NCBI RefSeq assembly: GCF_006345805.1
Contig: NC_043000.1
Span: 46,376,001-46,440,000 of the forward strand
Direction: 5' to 3'
Source of the DNA: Octopus sinensis
Taxonomy: Eukaryota
DNA length: 64,000 nucleotides
Shown: piece by piece, positions 52,630-64,000 of the stretch
Layout of the letters: every line of letters begins with the position of its first letter
Position numbering within the stretch: position 1 is the first letter of the stretch
Program-made: the position numbers and the translations under genes
The notes under the pieces: model-generated
Databases searched by the model: none
Told to the model about the DNA's origin: nothing
Seen by the model: the letters and a program-made list of their open reading frames with translations, nothing else

Positions 52630-55240
52630 CAAGAAACACGCTTGTAAAACCTGGAAGAGTTGGGGTAGCAGGGAACTTTACCAGATAGCCAGAAGGGAGG
52701 CTGGAAGACAGGTATATATAGCCAAGGAAGAAGCAGAAAAGAAGTTTGCCAATATTCAGCGATGTGAGGACCAAAGAACTGAAGTATTTTGAATTGCAAG
52801 ACAGTGTGAGAGAGAAAATTGTGATGTTACAGGAGAGAAATGTGTCTGCATGGATGATGGTGCACTTACTTTTAATGATTTTGTAAAGAAAGAGGTTTGG
52901 AGATACTATTATGAAAGGCTGCTGAATGTGGAAAATGAATGGGAGGAGAAGAGCCTGCCAAATATTAACCCAGTTGAGAGACCAACTACTCGAATGAATA
53001 GCACCCTGGTAGATAAAGCAATTAAGAGTAGGAACTCAGGAAAAGCCCCTGGCCCATCAGGAATCACTGCTGAGATACTTAAAATATTTGGTAGTATGGA
53101 TTATGCTCTAGTCAACCGTATTGTAAATCAGGTAGTTCATTAAGAAGTGATACCCAATGACTGGTGAAGCAGCACCATAGTCAACTGCTACAAAGGCAAA
53201 GGTGATGTTTTAGATAGAAATAATTACAGGGGTACCAAATTGCTGGAGCAGGTGATGAAGTTCACAGAGAGGGTCAAAGCCTAACTAATTAGGGAGAGAA
53301 TCAACATAGATGAGATGCAGTTCGGTTTTGTGCCAGGTAGAAGCACTACTGATGCTATATTTCTGGTACAGCAACTGCAGGAAAAATACCTAGCCAAAGA
53401 TAAACCTTTATACTTGGCTTTTGTTGACTTGGAGAAAGCCTTTGAGAGGGTCCCTCAATCTCTTATCTGGTGGGTGATGCGGAAACTAGGGATAGACAAG
53501 AGGTTAGTAAGAGTTGTACAACCCATGTACAGGGATGCTGTCAGTAAGGTAAGGGTCAGCAAAAAGTTCAGTGAAGAGTTTCGGGTAGAAGTAGGGGTCC
53601 TCAGTCTCCTCTTATTCACCATAGTCCTCCAGGCAATAACAGAGGAATTCAAGACAGGTTGCCTCTGGGAGCTCCTTTATGCTGATGACCTTGCTCTCAT
53701 AGCTGAATCACTACCAGAACTAGAGATGAAATTTCATGTGTGGAAGCACCGTCTAGAATCGAAGGGCCTTAGAGTCAATGTAGCAAAAACCGAAGTCCTA
53801 GTAAGTAGGAAGGCAAACAAATCACAAACCCCTTCAGGGAAAAGGCCCTGCTCGATCTGTAGAAAACGTGAAGGTAGAAACTCAATAAGATGTACTCAGT
53901 GTAAGCTATGGATACATAAGAGGTTCAGCAACATCAAAAGAAGGTTAACTGGGAAAATAGTTTTTGTGTACGGCAAATGTACAGGGGTAATAAACACCAA
54001 AGATGTTCAGAAAACAGATTCCATCACATACCAGGGGGAGAAACTAGAAGTAGTTGATAACTTCTGCTACCTAGGTGACCAAGTCTGTAGTGGGAATGGA
54101 TATTCAAGACAGGGTGCTTCTTGGAGCCCCTCTATGCTGATGACCTTGCTCTCATAGCTGAATCACTACCAGAACTAGAATAAGAATAGCCTGGGCAAAG
54201 TTCAGAAAGCTCCTACCTCTGCTGGTGACAAAGGGCCTCTCATTCAGAGTGAAAGGTAGATTGAATGATTCATGTGTGCGAACAGCCATGCTACACAGCA
54301 GTGAAATATGGGCCATAACTGTTGAGGATTTATGTAGGTGTGAAAGAAATGAAGCTAGTATGATCCACTGTATGTGCAATGTCATTGTGCATACACAACA
54401 GAGTGGAAGCGCCCTGGGAGAAATGTTGGCCATAAGAAGCATCGGATGTGGTATACAAGAAAGACAACTCCACTGATATGGGCATGTCCTGCGTACGGAT
54501 GAGGACAGCTGTGTGAAGAAGTGTCTCTCCCTAACATTGGAAGGAACCTGTGGAAAAGGGAGACTCAAGAAGACATGGGATGAGGTGGTGAAGCATGACC
54601 TTCAAACGTTGGGCCTCACAGTGGCAATGACAAGAGACCAAGACCTTTGGAGATATGCAGTAATTGAGAAGACTCGGCAAGTAAAGTGAGATCACAGACA
54701 TAGCCTATACTAGTGTCGCATAACCAGCTCATATAAAAAGTACCTTTGACTTGTCAGGGGACACACCTTGCTTGAGAAGACCTATTGAGTCAGGTAAAAT
54801 CAAAATCCCAAACAGAATCTCAGTGAAATCGAACTCAAAATGGATATTGTAGTTAGCTGATGCACTAAGCACCATTCATGCGTAGGTCAAAGCCAGTGCC
54901 TCCTGACAGGCTCCCCATGCTGGTGGCACATGAAAATCACCATCTGAATGTGGTCGATGTCAGCCACCCCATGCCAACTGGCTCCTGTGATGGTGATACC
55001 TAAAAAGCACCACCTGAATGTGGCCGATGCCAGTGCAGCTTGGCTGGCTCCCATGCCAGTGGCATGTGAAAAGCACCCACTACACTCTTGGAGTGGTTGG
55101 CATTAGGAAGGGCATCCAGCTGTAGAAACCTTGCCAGATAAGATTGGAGCCTGGTGCAGCCTCCTGGCTTGCAAGCCCCAGTCAAACCGTCCAACCCAGA
55201 TCAGTATGGAAAACGGACGTTACATGATGATGATGATGAT
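52630..55240 (+). pseudogene. 5'-truncated RTE-clade LINE: RT, C-terminus, 3' UTR and (GAT)n tail
   Basis: GKAPGPSGITAEILK, QFGFVPGRSTTDAIF, AFVDLEKAFERVP, LLYADDL, FCYLGDQV, RQLH*YGHVLR and GRLKKTWDEVVKHDL in ORFs 52850-53143, 53315-54157 and 54225-54476; stops and frameshifts; no endonuclease domain seen. Confidence 0.92.
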
Positions 55241-55514
55241 ATATATATAATATGTACACACACACACACACACACACATACACACATATATCCATACATA
55301 CTTACATATGTGCAAACATATACACACACATACATACATGCATACATACATACATATAAACTAACAGACCAGCAGTTTTAATTATTTTGTTCATCCTTCA
55401 ATGAGAGTCTGTATTTGTTGCTTGCAATAATTCTTCTTCTTCTTCTTAAGGTGGTGAACTGGTGGAACTGTCAGCACACCAGGCAAAACAGCAGCATTTT
55501 GTCCCCCTCCATAT

Positions 55515-55855
55515 TCATCATCATCATCATCATTTAACGTCCGCTTTCCATGCTGGCATGGGTTGGACGGTTCAACTGGGGTCTGGGAAACCCGAAGGCT
55601 GCACCAGGCCCAGTCAGATCTGGCAGTGTTTCTACGGCTGGATGCCCTTCCTAACGCCAACCACTCCGAGAGTGTAGTGGGTGCTTTTTACATGCCACCC
55701 GCACAGGTGCCAGGCGGAGCTGGCAAACGGCCACGCTTGGATGGTGCTTTTTACGTGTCATTGGCATGGAGGCCAGGCGATGCGGCACTGGCTACGGCCA
55801 CGTTCGGATGGTCCTCTTATGTGCCACCGGCACTGGTATCACAACTATAAATTCC
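55515..55855 (-). mobile_element. RTE 3' UTR/tail copy with tandem units
   Basis: (CAT)n-ttaacgtccgctttccatgc...ggatgcccttcctaacgccaaccactcc, followed by the ~63-bp units. Confidence 0.8.
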
Positions 55856-56369
55856 ATATACATACATATTCTTTTTATTTTTATTTGTTTCACTCCTTTC
55901 ACTGCGGCCACGCTGGAACATCGCCTTTAGTTGTATGCAACAATAACATCAGTCACTGGTAAAGAATCTGGCAAGTGCCTATTTCGTGTGGTGGCAACAT
56001 CTCGGTATTTTCTCAGCACACTCGTATACACACACACACACAGACGCAAGGCCTAAAGTGGAGAGGTCTCAGAGTAAACTTAACTAAGATTAATGGTTTA
56101 ATTAACAGTAAAGAAAAAAGGATTCTACAACTACCTGGCAAATACCTGTGCACAATATGACCGAAACAAGTGTGGCCAAATGGACACTGAAATGATCACA
56201 CACATACGTCCATCAACATTATTCAAATTAGCCAAGGCCCTTAGCATTCTTTACTCATTTTGTATATAGCTAAGTTCTATCTACTGGAATCAAAGTAAGA
56301 CAGCTGATGTGCTGATGATGTCTATCAAGACAGAAACAAGCAGTATGTCTTTTTCATAAAGTCATATCT

Positions 56370-56815
56370 TCTTGTCTTGAGACAGCATTCACCTGGGATG
56401 GGATGAGCTTGCTTTATTCATCCTCAATGCTGCATCTCTCACAAACACCGACCAGACCTGGCGATTTGAGGCTAACGACCACGTGATCTTCAACCACTCC
56501 CTATTCCAGCGGCGAACGCCGTAGATAGGTTGGGTTCCAGATCAGCCTTGACTGTTATCAGCCAGGTTTTTCATTGTCCACCACATCGCTTTTGCCAACC
56601 CTGAAGGGGAGCTGGGGCAATTGCTTCGTAGATGAATTCTCCTGCTTGATGACGGAGGGCATGACCCAACCAATGCAGACGTCATATCAATTCCAGGGAA
56701 CCCTAATTCCTGAGATCATCTTTATTTCTCATTCAAAGACCATCACTTGTGCTACCAAGTGTTTGTTCACCTCTCACAGTGAAAAATCAATTCAGTAGTT
56801 GGCAAATTAACCTTC
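56370..56815 (-). mobile_element. 3' fragment of another RTE-clade LINE family
   Basis: Minus strand encodes RRLHWLGHALRH..GWQKRCGGQ*KTWLITVKADLEP..YGVRRWNREWL..LASNRQVW. Confidence 0.75.
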
Positions 56816-56864
56816 GATTGCCAAGTAACGAGATCCGCTAATTTGTTTAACACTGATGTTTCAT

Positions 56865-57075
56865 CATCATCATCATCATCATCCTCGTTTAACGTCTGTT
56901 TTCCATGCTAGCATGGGTTGGACGGTTCGACCGGGATCTGGGAAGCCAGAAGGCTGCACCAGGCTCTGATCTGATCTGGCAGTGTCTCCACGGCCGGATG
57001 CCCTTCCCAACGCCAACCACTCCGTGAGTGTAGTGGGTGCTTTTTATGTGCCAGTCAGGCTGGCACAGAAGCCAG
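56865..57075 (-). mobile_element. Short RTE tail copy
   Basis: Same (CAT)n-anchored tail as 55515 and 63105. Further copies at ~20160, 21010, 26530, 33740, 44600 and 45180. Confidence 0.8.
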
Positions 57076-57421
57076 TCAAGGTGGTGCTCAAAACATAAAT
57101 TAGCTGTAATGAGAATTGGCAAATTTCAAGTTCTTCATAATGCAACGATGAGGTTAGGAGAGAATGTGACTCAGAGAATCTGAGTTCAAATTCTGTCCGG
57201 GTCAACTTTGCCTTTCATAATTGCTGGCCTTGTGCCAAAATTTGAAACCAATATTTCATCTCTGGGCGCTAAATATGGCTTGAATTTGTGAATGAGAGAA
57301 ATCCAAGAAAGTGTGAAATGAAGAAGTGAAGAAGGCCCTCAGAGGGCATGACAAGAAAACCAAGAGGATTGGCAATTCACTGTGTTCAAGAAGACTTATC
57401 AATCTCAGCAAAGTAAGGTCC

Positions 57422-57466
<45 letters not shown>

Positions 57467-58044
57467 GTGAGTGAGTGAGTGAGTGAGTGTGTGTGTGTGT
57501 GTGTGTATGTGTGTGTGTGTGTGTGTGTATGTGTGTGTGTGTGTGTGATGTGTGTGTGTTGAAACAGAAAGAATATACTTTGAATCTATTTATCATGGAC
57601 AAAGTAAAGAAACTATTTACATTTCTATCAAGATATGCTACCAGTTTCAATCAATTTTATAAGAAGACTTAGACATGCTAGAAGAAAAGGGAAAGTAAAC
57701 AGAAATAAATTAAATTAAATTAATCTTTCATGACGTCAGTTCTGAAACTTCACATTTCCCTTACAAAATGCATATGTTAGTTTCTTTCTGATGGCTGCAA
57801 TGTTGTCGTTGTAGCCGTAGTCATCATCGTCGTTGCCGTAGTGGTAGTAGTATTTGTAGTAGTAACAGTTTAAGTATCAACATTTATCTTTTGTACCTTA
57901 CTTGGGATGTTGTCATTAAGGAGTAGCTATTGGTAGTAGTAGCAGCAGCAATAGTGGTAGCCATAGTAGTTACTGTAGCAGTCTCACTAGCGAAACAGCT
58001 TAGGCAATAGTTGCAGTAGTAATGCTTGTGGTAGTGTCAGCGGC

Positions 58045-58277
58045 AAGGTGGCGAGCTGGCAGAAACGTTAGCACGCCGGGCGAAATGCTTAGTGGTAGTT
58101 CGTCTACCACTATGTTCTGAGTTCAAATTCTGTCAAGGTCAACTTTGCCTTTCATCCTTTCGGAGTCGATTAAATAAGTACCAGTTACGCACTGGGGTAG
58201 ATGTAATCAACTTAATCCGTTTGTCTGTCCTTGTTTGTCCCCTCTGTGTTTAGCCCCTTGTGGGTAGTAAAGAAATA
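58045..58277 (+). mobile_element. SINE family B with an imperfect ~16-bp TSD
   Basis: Flanks ggtagtgtcagcggca / ggtagtgacagtggca. Confidence 0.85.
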
Positions 58278-58379
58278 GGTAGTGACAGTGGCACCTGTAG
58301 CAGAAATTATAGAACTGTAATGACAGCAGCATCAGCAGAAACCATAGAAGTTTTTGTAACTGTCATCCTTTCTCTCCCA

Positions 58380-59060
58380 CAGAGGCTTTGATGTGGTTAG
58401 TATTTATAAAAGTTTTATTTGTTGATGGATTTCTGTTGTATTGCGGAATTGCCAAATTATTATAAAGGGAAAATTGCAAAATTTGTTTGTTTCCTACCTG
58501 CACACATGTTTATATGTTCATGGAGTCTTATTTGTCTATATTTCGGTATCTTAATTTGTGATTCACATGCATTGTCTTAGGGAGGTTCTGGTCTCCCCTA
58601 AGTGGTGGTTATCCCTACGTCTTGAGGATTTAATTGCATAGATTAAGTTTTCAGAGACAGAAGTGAAATTATTTTTATTATGACGGGTTGTTCTGGTTTA
58701 AAATAGATCTCCAATCCTTGTCCGGATTTAAGCATATACCACATTTGGATCTTTGACATATTTTTGCTGTTGGATCTGTTATTATTGGGGGAAGTTTAGT
58801 TGTTGTTTGTATTGTTTTCATTGATTTGAACTGTCTTTTACTTTTACTTATCATCGTATATTTTTTAAGGATTTGGTTCATCCTGGGGCCCTTTTTCAGC
58901 ATTGATTTCGTTTGGAATATGATGTTTTATGCCTCACTGATTTTAGGATAGGTGGGAATATTTTCTGTTTTTGCTTGCTTTAGTTCCTGGATGTTGTATG
59001 CTTGGCTTGTTGTATTCTGTAATTCAATTAAGGACAGTGGATAATTCTTTTCTAGGAATT
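58380..59060 (-). pseudogene. Decayed Penelope-like element linker plus GIY-YIG endonuclease (different clade from 24.7 kb)
   Basis: ORF 58678-58902 gives ISKSKRQFKSMK..AKICQRSKCGIC, matching the PLE linker zinc knuckle C-x4-C-x2-C. A decayed endonuclease region follows (CAGRK..FSLY). Confidence 0.55.
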
Positions 59061-61627
59061 TATCAAGTCTAGTGAGATTGATATAGTCACTACTATTACA
59101 GCCTCTATCATGCCTGCTGCTGCTACTACTAATAGCCACTTCTTAATAATAATATCCCAAGTAAGAAGCAAAAGACAGTTGCCCCTGTTTAACCTGTGAC
59201 TATTACTTCAATCACAATAACAGTAACAACAACCCAGCAACTACCAGCACCATGTGAATTTTGTAAGAAAAATATGCAAACTTCTAAAACTGATATCATG
59301 AGAGGTTAATTTAATTTAGCTTGTGTCAATCTATTTTCCCTTTTTTTTTTCTAGCATAATTAAATCATGTTATAAAAAGTTTGAAGCCTGTAGTGTATTT
59401 TGATAAAAATGTAAATAGTTACTTTTGTCCATGAGGGAGATTTTGAAATGTTGGTCGAGATTATTTTTGACAAAGGATCAAAAGAATCAGCTGCAGTATG
59501 GGTGGTAAGGAAGTTTGATGGCTGTTTTGATGTTAGAGAATATAATATAGTATTTTAGACTTTTAATGAGTGCTGTCCCTTAAATCAGTGAAAATATCAT
59601 AGATGATGTGTGTGCTCAACTAAACAGCTAGAACCTTAAGTGCTCACATGTTAATGTAAAAATTACTTGATCCCAATTATTTTAATAATTAGCCACCATT
59701 ATTTCAAAGAAACTTCTTTAGAAAGACATTAGCCAATGTGGATCTTAAAAAGTTCAAGCAAAATGTGCAGAATTAGTAAAAATCCAGACTCATACTTTCC
59801 TACATATTGGACCACCTTAAAGCATGGACATATTGGGCACTTATGCTGGGGTTCTAGTAGCAAGTAGTTGCTGGGTTGTTGTTACTGTCATTGTGATTGA
59901 AGTAGTAGTCACAGGTAAAACAGTGGCAACTGTCTTTTGCTTCTTACTTGGGATATTACTATTAGGAAGTGGCTGTTAGTAGTAGCAGCAGCAGTGATAG
60001 AGGCTGTAATAGTAATGACTATATCAATCTCACCAGACTAATTTATTAAGGCTTGCAGTTAATTTATAAATAATTTAAGTCCCACTGCACTACTTTGCCA
60101 AAGGACATATAGTTAATTCCATTATGATGGTTTGGCCTACATACCAACATATATTCCCACAGTTCAGCATTTCTGCCTTCTTTCCACTTTTTTGAGAGGA
60201 AAACTTTTACTACTTGTCATTCAATACACACATTGATCATTGCCTGGTTAATGATACAGATAAATGTTTGTCTTAATTGGAAACTATTTCAATCCCAGAT
60301 GACCATATGTTAAAATTCCAATTATGTATTCAAAGGACTTAAAGTGATAAAATGCCATGATTTAAATGTAAATGAAAATACTGGTTTTAAGAAATTAGGT
60401 GTTTAAACCACTTATTGGCTTCTATTAGTTAACCTACTCTTATGAATTAAGCTATTTCTTGGCTTCGCTCAGTTAACACTTTTAACATCAATCTGCATGG
60501 AACTATCTCTGGTTATATGATACGAAACCTTTCATATTAATGTGTTCATATTCAAATTAAACCCTTCCACTATAATTATGAATAAGAATGGAAATTTATT
60601 TTATCAAATTTTTAATTTTTTTTTTTAATATTTAAAATTAATTAAAATCTCTAAACGGAGGAATGACATTTGGAAAATAGCAATGAAATTGGTTAAATAT
60701 ATTCTTCATTAATCAATGAACATGATATTTTGTCCTTTGGTGTGGGTGGATAACATTTATATGATTTCTCTGTTTATTATAACACCTGAAAGGAGACACG
60801 AACTGCAATTGTGAAAATTTTAGGAAATAGAATTATTACATGACTTAGCTTCATATCAACTTTTCCCTACTTTTCCATTTTCATCATCATTAGAAACCAA
60901 AGTTCTGGGCCAGCAACAACTACCTGAATTCCTATTTCATTATAAATTAATACGCTGTAATTATATCTATTTAAAGTAACTGTCTCAATTTTCTATAAAA
61001 TTCAACAGTAAAAGAAAGAAAAAACAACAAAAACAAATCACAATATGGTTGTCGTGAGAACACCACTCCATCATTTTCAATCGTCATCAACACTATCTTC
61101 CAAAGGAGGAAAAAAAAATCAAATATGAAAACAATAATTGAAAATTTTATATTATACTTCTTCAAATTTGAATATCTGGCTGAAAATGTATTTATCACAT
61201 GGTGAAAGAATTTGGTGCAGTAAATTTTCCCTTAGTGCTTGTTAACATATACAGTGAGAACTCAACTTTTGTACTTGTGTGTATTTTGATTATTGAAAAC
61301 CTAATCATATAGAAAGAGTTCAGATAAGTAGTCATATATATGTCAGTATTTCTAAAGATATGAGTATTTGTATCAAAATAGAAACATATAGATATTTAAA
61401 AAAGAAAATAAATATTGTTAAGCATATAGTTTTCAATGTAAAAAACAAAAAATGATAATAAAAAGAGAAAAAATGGATTTGAGTGAGTGAGAGGAGTGGG
61501 GATGGTTAAATTCATGAATGCATTTCTGCCATATAATTCACACGCAATGCACTGCAGTCTCTGCAGCCTTGGCAGTCTATGCATCTTTAAGTCATTCATG
61601 CATCAAGGAGTTAAGATTTTCATTCAG

Positions 61628-61727
61628 GTGTCTGTGATGACAGATCTTGTTTCTGTGAAATACTCAAACAGCAAAAGATGGAGAGCAGCTGGAATACACC
61701 AAAGTTTGAAGAATGCTTACAGTAAAG
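61628..61727 (+). CDS. Candidate 100-nt exon: VSVMTDLVSVKYSNSKRWRAAGIHQSLKNAYSK(G) (phase 0 to 1), or alternative frame (G)VCDDRSCFCEILKQQKMESSWNTPKFEECLQ*
   Basis: Acceptor gattttcattcag and perfect donor AAG/gtaagt; GC slightly above the flanks; non-repeat context. Confidence 0.4.
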
Positions 61728-62559
61728 GTAAGTGCACATAGATTAGTCGATGTCACATATTGATGCCAGCTTGTGAAACAGTAAGGTGTCTTTATCTGAA
61801 AATCTAAAATATGAGTTGTATTTCTGTATCAGAAAGCTGTGTAAGAAGAATATCAAAAACAAAAAAAAAAACAACTGAATATATTTGCAAAAATAGATGG
61901 GAAAAAAATATATAAAATATGAGAAAAAAAGAACTATATAAAATATAAACAGATTGAAATCTTATCAAATAGAAAAAGTAAAATGTTTATGGTATTCTGA
62001 CAGAAATAAATTCCTATGTATTCTTTTATCAGTATTAGCTTACAGCAAGAGAAGTAAAAACAAACAATATCAAAAAGTGTTGAAAAATATGTGTGCATTC
62101 AAAAGAAGTTCTAGTAAAATTAAAAGAAAATAAGTAACTGTTAATTTTTAATTCATCCTTTATTTATAGAAGGAAATAGGAGAACATAATTTCTTACTGT
62201 GCTTATATGTCACAAATCTGATAGGAATGTTATATGAATAAAGAATTAACTGGTTTTATCTTAGGTTAGTACACTAGTTATATAAGTTTTAAACAAGTGC
62301 TATCTATTTTCTGTATGTTAATTAAATTATTTACGTAAGTTAATATATAAAGGTTATATTATACAATATTATAGCAAGTAAAATTTCTATGAATTATTTC
62401 CACTCTCTCTCTCTCCCTTTCCCTCTCTCTCTCCCTCTACCCCCAACTCCTACCATCATGGTCCTGTTGTAGGGACTAAAACAAATCAGAGAATCATGTA
62501 TATGTGTGTATGAATATATAAAAAGAAAGACAGACAGACAGGCAGGCAGGCAGGCAGGC

Positions 62560-62598
<39 letters not shown>

Positions 62599-63104
62599 TA
62601 GACAGATAGATAGATAGATAGATAGATTGATAGACAGAGATTGGCACGGATATAGTTATAGATTCAGAAGGTTACGTTGGTGTCTTTTACTCAAGCTCCA
62701 GTCTGACCAAAGCCTTCTGAATGAAATAGACAAAAATTCTCTGTAAATCTATTCTTTCTATACATGTATGTATAAACTGAAGGTACATAGTCCTTAGCCT
62801 AATGGTTAGTATATTGAGCTAACTATCATGAGATTGTGAGTTCGTTGTCTGGATAAGTTGATGGTATTATGTCACAGTGCACTGACAGAATCGTTAGCAC
62901 ACCAGGCAATATTCTTAGTGGCATTTCATCTGTTTACATTTTGAGTTGAAACTGTGCTAGGGTCAGCTTTGCCTTTCAGGACTGATGAAATAAGTACTAG
63001 TTGAGCACTGGAGTCAATGTGATTGGCTTACCCCATCATCAAAATTGCTGGCCATTTGCCAAAATTTGAAACCATTATATCAAACCGAATCAAAATAGAT
63101 GAAC

Positions 63105-63520
63105 ATCAATGGAATTTGTATCTTTGTGGTACCAGTGCCGGTGGCACATAAGAAAACCATCCGAACGTGGCCGTAGCCAGTACCGCATCATCTGGCCTCC
63201 ATGCTGTGGGCACGTAACAAACACCATCCGAGCGTGGCCGTCCGCCAGCTTCGTCTGGCACCTGTGTCGGTGGTACATAAAAAACACCATCCGAGCGTGG
63301 CCGTTTGCCAGCCTCGTCTGGCACCTGTGTCGGTGGCACATAAAATCACCCACTACACTCTTGGAGTGGTTGGCATTAAGAAGGGCATCCAGCTGTAGAA
63401 ACACTGCCAGATCTGACTGGTCTGGTGCAGCCTTCGGGCTCCCCAGACCCCAGTTGAACCGTCCAACCCATGCTAGCATGGAAAGCGGACGTTAAACGAT
63501 GATGATGATGATGATGATGA
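63105..63520 (+). mobile_element. RTE 3' UTR/tail copy with three full ~63-66-bp tandem units
   Basis: Units start at 63143, 63209 and 63272, with a partial unit at 63335. Then cactacactc..ggaagggcatccagctgtagaaac..(GAT)n. Confidence 0.85.
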
Positions 63521-63842
63521 TATCATTTAGCAAAATACTTTATCTCACATTGCTCCAGTCTACAAAACTGAAGATTGAATACCAGCCAAGTACTGGTGCA
63601 GCTTTTTCTCCCAACAGCTTGCACATCTTCAATATTCTGCTGGGGTTGTGAAAAGCATGTTACATACTAAACAGGTCATGTTCATCTACAAGTGATGGCT
63701 ATGATTTGTGTGCATATGTGTGTGCAGTTGCACTCATGTGCAGGTATGAATGTGTGTTTGCATTATGTCATTGTCAGCTTTTATGCTTAACCTACTTGAA
63801 AAATTGCTGTCAGTGTTTATGCCTGGTAACTTGTGGTGTTCG

Positions 63843-64000
63843 TTCATTCGTTCCTTCTCGAGCCCTGCCTGGCTCATAAGGGCCGGTTTCCCGGTTTCCT
63901 TGGCATATAGGTTCCCCACTTGGATGGGACACCAGTCCATCCCAGGTGAGCTGCAAGATGCAGGAGGAAAGAGTGAGAGAAAGTTATGGCGAAAGAGTCA
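63843..64000 (-). mobile_element. SINE family C, tail type 2 (runs off the window edge)
   Basis: Reverse complement of gatggactggtgtcccatcc..gaaaccgggaaaccgg joined to the family C body. Confidence 0.7.

Noticed and set aside
59419-59504. Plus-strand exon candidate TFVHEGDFEMLVEIIFDKGSKESAAVWV, phase-compatible with 61628
   Set aside because: Purine-rich weak acceptor, and it overlaps a repeat that has an inverted homologue at 57594-57665.
63137-63350. CRISPR-like repeat/spacer appearance
   Set aside because: Eukaryotic context, no cas genes, the variable parts are homologous to each other, and the array is part of a LINE 3' UTR.

Overview
AT-rich eukaryotic DNA, very likely an Octopus (coleoid cephalopod) intron or intergenic window. 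This is inferred from the repeat landscape: three tRNA-derived SINE families, RTE LINE tails ending in (GAT)n, and dense (TA)n/(CA)n/(AAT)n microsatellites. No complete protein-coding gene is visible, only a few isolated low-confidence candidate exons. Nearly all recognisable coding sequence is decayed transposon: a DD34D mariner, a DD37D maT transposon, an R4/Dong-like LINE lying between (AAT)n tracts, a 5'-truncated RTE LINE plus many of its 3' ends, and two Penelope-like (GIY-YIG) remnants. The most interesting unannotated structure is a set of small palindromic or tandem-plus-inverted mini-elements, mostly in or beside (TA)n, carrying hammerhead-ribozyme cores from at least three sequence families. 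Several have a CCGANGA core variant, and in one element the inversion breakpoint sits 5 nt from the predicted self-cleavage site. Also notable are a PHD-type zinc finger embedded in the RTE reverse transcriptase, a variable-copy ~63-bp tandem array in the RTE 3' UTR, and module-swapped SINEs. All calls are by eye; no database searches or folding programs were run, and repeat boundaries are approximate.
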